The notes below the pieces were generated by a model. It made no database searches. It saw only the letters and a list, made by a program, of their open reading frames with translations, and was not told where the DNA came from. From contig VJWM01000063.1 in assembly GCA_010909165.1 (NCBI GenBank), positions 496,001-560,000 of the forward strand: a DNA stretch of 64,000 bases, written 5' to 3'. Below, one piece after another: positions 56,900 to 64,000 of the stretch. The translations under genes were made by a program, and so were the position numbers. The DNA comes from Anthoceros angustus. Lineage: Eukaryota > Plantae > Anthocerotophyta. Position 1 is the stretch's first letter. Every line of letters begins with the position of its first letter.

Positions 56900-59027
56900 A
56901 TGGCGAGCACGAAAGCCTTCTTGCTTGCTTTCGTCGGTTTAGCCCTCATACTCGGCAACTCTGCTTCGGGATTCAAGATAATCGAGGCCAGCATCTCCGA
57001 CGTGCAACTGGCATTCCGGGGAGGAAGGGTCACCTCTGTCCGACTAGTGAAGCTCTACCTCAAGCGAGTGAAAAAATACAACTCCCAGCTCAACGCCATC
57101 ATCGAGATCAACCCCGATGTCCTGTACTGGGCCAAGAAAGCCGACCGAGAAAGGTGCAAAACGCCTGCAGGCTGCTGCACGATGCATCTCAGGCTGGTTC
57201 TGTAAGAAATGAGCATGGACGGGAGAGTGACGTCCATTATTGCATGTATGCGCCAGGGCTGCGGCAGGCGGGCACATCGGAGGCCTCCACGGCGTCCCGG
57301 TCCTCCTCAAGGACAGCATCAACACCAGAGACAAGCTCAACACCACGGCAGGATCTTTCGCGCTGCTCGGCTCCAAAGTCACCAAAGAGGCCTTCATCGT
57401 CAAGCTCCTGCGCCGCGCGGGGGCCATCATTTTCGGCAAGGCCAACCTCAGCGAGTTCTATCACCTCCGCTCCCTCCAGCAGCCACAAGGCTTCAGCCCT
57501 AGAGGCGGCCAGACCAATGTACGCCCAGTGTCGCGCAATTTCATCTACGCCGCAGCCGATCTTGATTCCGTGTTCCAATGCCTCCGCATTCGGTTATCCC
57601 TGTGATCTGCCTCTCCAGGATGCGTACAACGTCACGCTGAACCCCAGCGGAACCAGCTCAGGCTCGGCAGTGGCCGTCGCCGCCAACTTGGTGCTTCTGT
57701 CCATCGGCTTCGAGACACAAGGCGCCATCACCCAGCCAGTCAGCAGGAACGCGGTAGCGGGCCTCAAGCCGACCCCAGGGCTCACCTCCCGCACCGGGAT
57801 CGTCCCCATCTCCTTCAGCGCTGATACGCCAGGGTAAGCGTCTCCAACCATTGCGTCTTGGCACATTCCTGGATTGAAGCGCCTTCTCACACATTCCTGG
57901 AATGAAACCCTATCTCACTGAAGACTGAATGCTGAAAGCTGAAAGGTGGTCTGAATCCTGAGTGCTGAAAGAAGGTCTCACTCTTTGGAACAAACCGCAG
58001 GCCGATCGGGAAGTACGTAGAAGACGTCGTAGCGCTGCTGGACGTGATCGCGCACCGCGATCCAGAAGATCCTGGCAGCCCATACCATTGCCAGCGGCCG
58101 AAGAGGGGATACCAGGCGCATAAGCTGCTTGACGGGCTGGTCGGCAAGCGCATTGGCATCGCACGCGACTTCTTCCAAGGCCTTCCCGACTTCAAGCTAT
58201 CGGTCCTCGATAACATTGTCTCCGTGCTTGTGTAAGAAGTTGTCCCATCCGAGATTCGAGCGCAGGATCCGCTTCCTGCGAGGCCACCGCCTCCACCACT
58301 CCGCCAACACTCACACCTCATCGTTTGTCATTTCAGCCAGCACGGCGCGATCGTCATCGACAACACCACCATCAACCCCGACCTGTTCGACGAGATCTTC
58401 AATGGCGTGGCGCCGTTCCCGGCGCCGCTCACCGCCGACAAGTTCGTGCTCCTCTCCGACTTCAAGGTGAACATCAACAATTATCTGGCCACGCGGAAGG
58501 AGAGCCGCGTCGCCACGCTCAAGGACCTCATCGCCTTCGATCAAGCCGATCCCCGCGAGGTAGGTTCTCCAACACCGTCTTCAATTTCTGTCTGGAAGAA
58601 ACACACGTGTCTCCAGCAACTGATCAGGAAGAACTCGGATGGGCGCGTTTGGCCATGGCAGCAATTCAGTAAGTTCCCGGACGAAGTGTTCATCGCAGCA
58701 CAGAACCTGACCTCGGGTCAATCCAGCCAGGAGTACTTGCTGGCGCAGCAGATCGTGGCGAGGCAGAACCAGCAGGGGCTGGTGCAGGTGTTCAGCGCCA
58801 ATGAGCTGGACGCGCTGCTGGCGCCGGCAGACAGCAGCATAACTTTGCCAGCCGCGTTGGGGGGATTTCCCACTTTCACTATCCCGGCCGGCTACGATCC
58901 CACATCGGGCCTGCCGTTCGGGGTTTCCTTCCTGGGGAAGGCTTGCAGCGAGGCCAAGCTGGTTGAGATTGTGTTCCCGCTGGAAGAGATTTTGAGGGTC
59001 AGGAAATCGCCACCGGCGTTTCCTTGA
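56900..59027 (+). CDS. Secreted amidase-signature family protein (At4g34880-like), catalytic Ser residues substituted; 6 exons
   Basis: Exons 56900-57153, 57257-57518, 57619-57833, 58001-58231, 58337-58559, 58662-59027; signal peptide [24 protein letters not shown]; [66 protein letters not shown]. Confidence 0.92.
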
Positions 59028-60514
59028 AATCTTGTGGGTCAAGGTGCGGGGTGTGGCAGGCGCCGGCTGGACGCATAGCCGAAACCTTTGATCATCACTT
59101 CAGTTTCGTGGACATCGACAATACGACGTAGGCTGTGGTATTTCATGGTGCCCGGCTGTGAGATGCAACGCACCTGGGTTTTGGGTTTGGGCATTTAACT
59201 TTGTTGTAGTTTGAAAGGTCGAATCCTTGCATCAAACACCTCTGCACCCGACCCCCAGACCTTGGACCCTTTCGTCCCCTCTTGAATTCAAACTCAAACA
59301 AAGAGCATACCCTCCCGCGCACGGCAGTCGAGGGATATGAGGCAGCTGGCGGGGAAGTCTCGAGAGAGCGGCCTAGGCATGGGGCCGACCAACGTGGTAG
59401 GGCAAGAACACGGCTGAGCGGATTGTGGGAAGGGAACCTTTCCGGGAGAGGAAACAAACAGACCCGCGAGGAAACCCCTCCCGGCTTCTCTTGGCGACAT
59501 GCGGCCAAATGTTGGGCGTCGTTGCAGAAGGCAATAGCCAAGCACGAGTACCATGTTCAGGTATTGGCAGATTGGCGGGAGACGATGAAAAGCATTCGTG
59601 AGGAGCAACCAACTTGGGGACCCGGCTCCTATTCTCGAAGTGGCCGCCTCCTCATTATGTTCTGGTGTAACAGCTTGAGAGTTCAGTTGAAACATGGCTT
59701 TGGTGTGTTGTAGGAATGGTCCTTAGCTTCGGGGCGCGGATTAGGTTAGGAACCTTCCTTCGCCCGGATGTATTCGGTGGTCCATTTGTTTGGCCGCGCA
59801 TTCATTGTTGTACATCCGCCTGATCTTTAGATCCCTGCTAAGATTCATTCTCTTTACATGAAGGCTGTTGTATTCGGTGGTCATTGCTATTTCCTTTGTC
59901 ATCACTTGTGCTGTTGTTGAAGGTCGGGTTTGGCCTGCTTGATACAAGATCACTTGGACAGATATGTGTCTTTTGTAAGAGACCGGATGAGGATTTGCGT
60001 CACTTGCGATCAGCGGTAATCGGTGGGCATGTATGCATTGTCAGCATCCGTGTGTTAACATTGTAACGTTGTGTGACATGGTAAGCATTCCACGGCACCG
60101 AATGTCATCATCCGTGTTGTTGGGAAGATCAAACGACAAGTGTAAACTGTGTGCTTCTTACAAACGATGAAATGTGAGCTTTCACGTTTTGGGAACCTCA
60201 AACGAGAAGGTGCAACTGCAGACCCGTGCACTCCCACACACAGGCTGCTGTACACAGTGTAAACAACAGCCAAATTCCATGGAAACACATCCCGCGTGGC
60301 ACGGTATCACTCAATGCAATCAGAAAACATAGTTTCAATCATCTGCCGTGCACCCACGAGGCAGGTGCATACAAGGTAATGTATAATGGTCAGCAGTAAT
60401 CGGTCCCTGATGATCTATTTGTCACAACAGCCTCCGTGCGCCAACAAACAAGCAAGGAGGAATTCCACTGTCGTCATCTTTCCCCGTACAAACCCGGCCG
60501 GCACGAAAAGCGTT

Positions 60515-60810
60515 TGGGAATTCCACTTTCACGATCCTGTTCGGCTACTACCCTGAGGCGGCGGGCCTGCCGTTCGGGGTTATACTTCCAGGGAAGCCTT
60601 GCAGCGAGGCCAAGCATAGCAGGTTGAGATTGTGTTCCCGCTGGAAGGTATTTTGGGGATCAGGAAATCACCCCTGCCGTTTTCTTGAATTTTCATGGGT
60701 CAAGGTGCAGTCAGGAGCAAGCGCCGGCTGGAGGCAGAGCCGAACTTTGATGATCACTTCAGTTTCGTGGACATCGACCACGCCGTAGGCTGTTGTGTCT
60801 GGTGGTGCCT
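60515..60810. repeat. Diverged direct duplicate of 58860-59150 (amidase 3' end plus ADPRM 3' end)
   Basis: Shares GGGCCTGCCGTTCGGGG, TGCAGCGAGGCCAAG, GTTGAGATTGTGTTCCCGCTGGAAG and ATCACTTCAGTTTCGTGGACATCGAC. Confidence 0.88.
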
Positions 60811-62488
60811 CCAGGATTGCCTCGAAGGTTACAAAATGTGTGTTGCCAAGACAAGCGTAGCCTCCTACATGGTAGTGACCTGGAAGAAGAGAGCATGCAG
60901 CATGTTAACAGGCAAGCACGTTGGTTCTTGGGGCAAGAGAATTTGAGAAAAGCATGTGAGAAGAGAATTTGGGTTTACCACAAAGAAAGAGCTTCACTGC
61001 TGAGCTCTTGACCAACATGGATGCCACCTGATGGATCAGCCAGTAGTTTTAGGAATGAGATGCCTCAAAAGCACACGATTTTGTCACGAAGCTGAGCTCT
61101 GTGGTGCAGTTTTTCAGAACCTCTTCGTGGTTCCACAGAAGATGGGTAGGAGGACATGATCCGACTCCCACAGGGTGATGAGCCGCTACAATCAGCTTAG
61201 TCCCATCTCTACACGCACCATTGCCCATAGACAAAGCATGGTTTCAGACACCACTCAAAGTCTCGGAAGCCCAGAACAGGCCGAAGAAACATAATGCTGG
61301 GACAACTGTCACGCTTTTGAGCAGCTAGAATATTTGAGATCAAGACAAATCATGAACCAACCTCTCAGCGCTAGCTATTATTTCAGCCAGCCAAGCTTTC
61401 TGCTCTGCCCCAATACCCCATTCCAGTCTACAGACTGTGGGTACACATCGCTCAGCGGGTGAGCTTCTAGATACTTAACTGCTTCCTGCATCACCAGAGA
61501 ACAAGTGGAAGGGACACATGAGCTAGAAATCTCGTTTGAATAATCACAGTGTAGCAGAAGCTCGTATACCAAACAGCTACGGATGTACTGGCCTGGTAGT
61601 TAGCTGAATCTTCTGGCCACCTTAGACTTACATCCATCGAGTCCAGCACGACCTGCAACAACCAAACCCAGAGGAGTAATACTCTGACTTTCATCAGGAG
61701 TCTAGAGGAGAAGGCTTGGCGTTCCAGGAAGGCAGGAGAATGAATATACCAAAGCCCAGCTTGGTGCGATGTCAGCTCGGTAGTAGCGGCTCTTCATGGC
61801 CAGCTTTGACAGCATGACATCTCTTGGCAATGCCAAACAATGATTGCCAAGCAGATGATAAGCAGGGACCTCAAGCTGCAAATCCATGCAACGTTAGCTT
61901 ACACCTGCTAAGTTGTTTGAGCTGTCAACAGCCAAGGAAACCCTTCCAACCCTCATACCTTGGCAAGACCGTCCAGGACAACATTGAAATCCTCCAAACT
62001 CTTCTCTGATGTAGTGTTACCGTCGATTATGTCACCCAAAGTCAGGACAAACCTACACAACATCCAGGTCACATCACTGATGAACCAAGGTTATCCCATG
62101 CAAGCTGAAAGCAGGACAGTATGTGGGTTAACAATTCCTTCAAAGCACGTTTTCAACATATAGCAGCATTGCAACCTCTTCTTGTCCTTACGGCAGGTCT
62201 TGCTTCAGAGCATTGAATGCCGTCACTGCTGTTTCCAGCTTCCCTGCTGCTTCCCGGTATCGTTGAACACGTCCTTCATACCCTGCACCACCAACAGCCC
62301 ACAGTCCATTGGAGAAACCAAGCAGAAGCATCCGTACAGCAAGAAAGACCATGCCCCCTACATACAGAGACGACAATACCTCCATTCTCTTTATCCGCAT
62401 ACTGCACGTCAGCAATCAAGCCGAAAGAAAACAGAGGCTTCTTGACAGCAGATAACGGTAAACCCTCCATGTTTCTTTTTCCACTCAT
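60700..62488 (-). CDS. ADPRM: Mn-dependent ADP-ribose/CDP-alcohol diphosphatase-like metallophosphoesterase (two small homopolymer deletions as assembled)
   Basis: KPLFSFGLIADVQYAD, LGDIIDGN, YHLLGNHC, VVLDSMDVS, WNG[G]IGAEQKAWL, AHHPV, LLWNHEE, GHYHVGGY, HFVTFEAILEAPP; indels at ~61416 and ~60745. Confidence 0.88.
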
Positions 62489-62802
62489 GTTTCTTCTACC
62501 AGTCCAACAGTTCTGTATTATGAATTGCACAGACGTCTCACAACACGAGACTCATATCCAGCTTGCAAACAAATGGATCATACCTCACATGACAAACCAG
62601 GGAAGAATGTCTCTGGGTAGATCTACAACCAGCCACTTCTCAGACTCTTCCCCAATATTGCACCTGAAGGAACTCCTGGCCAGTTCCATATCCAGCTCCT
62701 TTGAATATTCCTTCCGATCCGAATCACCCCATGTTTTTGTGATAGAAGCCCTCTTGCAACTTAAACCACATTTCCCAAAACTCAGGTGCGGAGTCACTTG
62801 GG

Positions 62803-64000
62803 GCTATGATATCGTGTTGAAGTATGAGAAAATGAAAGATAGAACAAGAGCCTTATAATATGAATTAAAATATAAAAGAATAAAATAATAACAAGAATTT
62901 TATAGCAGAGCGCATAGGCTTAAGATATCAAAAAGTATAACATTAGGACCTTTATATAGGAGCGTGAACTACATTGATAAGAGATTATTATAATAGTTCT
63001 CCTATTACTTATAATAGTTCTCCTCATGAAAGTCCCATTTCGTTTAGGAACTCCTCATAGTTCTCCTCCATGTAAAAGTATCTCGCCATGAGTTGTCATC
63101 AAACTCCTCCTTGTAAAACGGTTCTCCGCAACCGTGTGTCCTTCAAGCTCACAATGGTTATGGTTCATCTTCATATGGGGTCTTTCTCTCATGATTGAGA
63201 CCAAACCATGTGTCCTTCAAGCTCACAATGATTATGGTTCATCTTCCATGGGTCTTTCTAATCATGAGACCGAACCATGTGTCCTTCAAGCTCACAATGA
63301 TTATGGTTCATCTTCATATGGGGTCTTTCTCTCATGATTGAGACCGAACCATGTGTCCTTCAAGCTCACAATGATTATGGGTCATCTTTGTATGGGGTCT
63401 CACCATCTCAAGATTGAGTATGATAGATGGCGAATCAAGGCCACTTGGAGAGACCAAAATATGAGTATGATAGATGGCGTAATCAAGGCCACTTGGAGAG
63501 ACCAAAATATGTTATGCAATAAGGATGTTGAGACCAAAATATGTTATGCAATAAGGATGTTGAGACCGAGAAACGGTGTCTTCTTATGCCTGGCCCCACG
63601 AAGACATCTTCACGAGGTTTTTACTATCAAGGCACCGAGAGTTTATTAAAAGAAGAGATGGAAACCCATCTACCCCGAATCAAGGGGAACAACCCACTAA
63701 AGGGCGAAGAACCAGGGGCCTAGCCCCAGTGCCAACCCGGAAGCTACCTATCGCCCGATCATGTCGTGGTCCAAGATGAGGAAAGGCCCGCCATCGGTGC
63801 CGATAATGCCACGCCTCCTACACTCGTTGCGTCCTATAATAGTATTAACAGCGCCTCTGGCGATGGATACCCACTTTCAAAGAAAGGCACCAGCGAGGAA
63901 AGAGGGAGACCCACCCGTTCAACGTGGTAGGCTTTGCACAATTCTTAATGAGCTGGAAAATCCTTGCCCGTAGCCCTATGAGTCTCAATGGCAAGGGGAT
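62803..64000 (-). mobile_element. Probable degenerate LTR (with PBS-like remnant) of a retroelement
   Basis: GCTATGATATCG|TGTTGA at 62803-62820 resembles reverse-complement PBS plus LTR end (GCTCTGATACCA|TG); AT-rich with minus-strand CCTATATAAAG; internal tandem repeats. Confidence 0.4.
63134..63575. repeat. Tandem repeats: ~70-74 bp x3.7, then ~45 bp x2 and ~31 bp x2
   Basis: Unit ATGTGTCCTTCAAGCTCACAATGATTATGGTTCATCTT...GAGACC; GAGTATGATAGATGGCG..GAGACCAAAATAT x2; GTTATGCAATAAGGATGTTGAGACC x2. Confidence 0.92.

Noticed and set aside
57044-59042. Antisense ORFs over the amidase-like gene
   Set aside because: Shadows of GC-rich codon usage on the coding strand.

Overview
Nuclear DNA of a land plant with compact, short-intron genes. 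It is probably a non-seed plant such as a hornwort, lycophyte or fern; this is inferred from gene compactness and PLS-PPR/DYW remnants carrying a PGxSWW box. The window has three parts. (1) 1-25.5 kb is a rearrangement hotspot. It holds a Copia remnant with its 3' LTR, a ~4.3 kb segment in 2.5 tandem copies plus an inverted partial copy, modular ~150-bp repeat arrays and several PPR/PPR-DYW pseudogenes. It also holds a ~3.6 kb palindromic structure with (GGGCA)n satellite arms around an unrecognised 207-aa three-TM ORF family, and a hairpin-type (hAT-like) excision footprint. (2) 25.9-33.8 kb holds a small secreted cysteine-rich protein gene and a young full-length Copia element (191-bp LTRs, 5-bp TSD) with an extra upstream ORF and an internal tandem duplication. 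(3) 34.5-62.5 kb is a conserved gene block: NDUFS6, CBSX-type CBS protein, MYB80-like R2R3-MYB, SLC35A/CSTLP nucleotide-sugar transporter, BAR-PH-ArfGAP-ankyrin gene with a duplicated last exon, a secreted amidase-signature protein lacking its catalytic serines, and an ADPRM-type metallophosphoesterase. The window ends in a probable LTR with tandem repeats. Many 1-2 bp homopolymer deletions suggest residual long-read assembly errors, so frameshift-based pseudogene calls are provisional. Family assignments rest on recalled motifs, not database searches.
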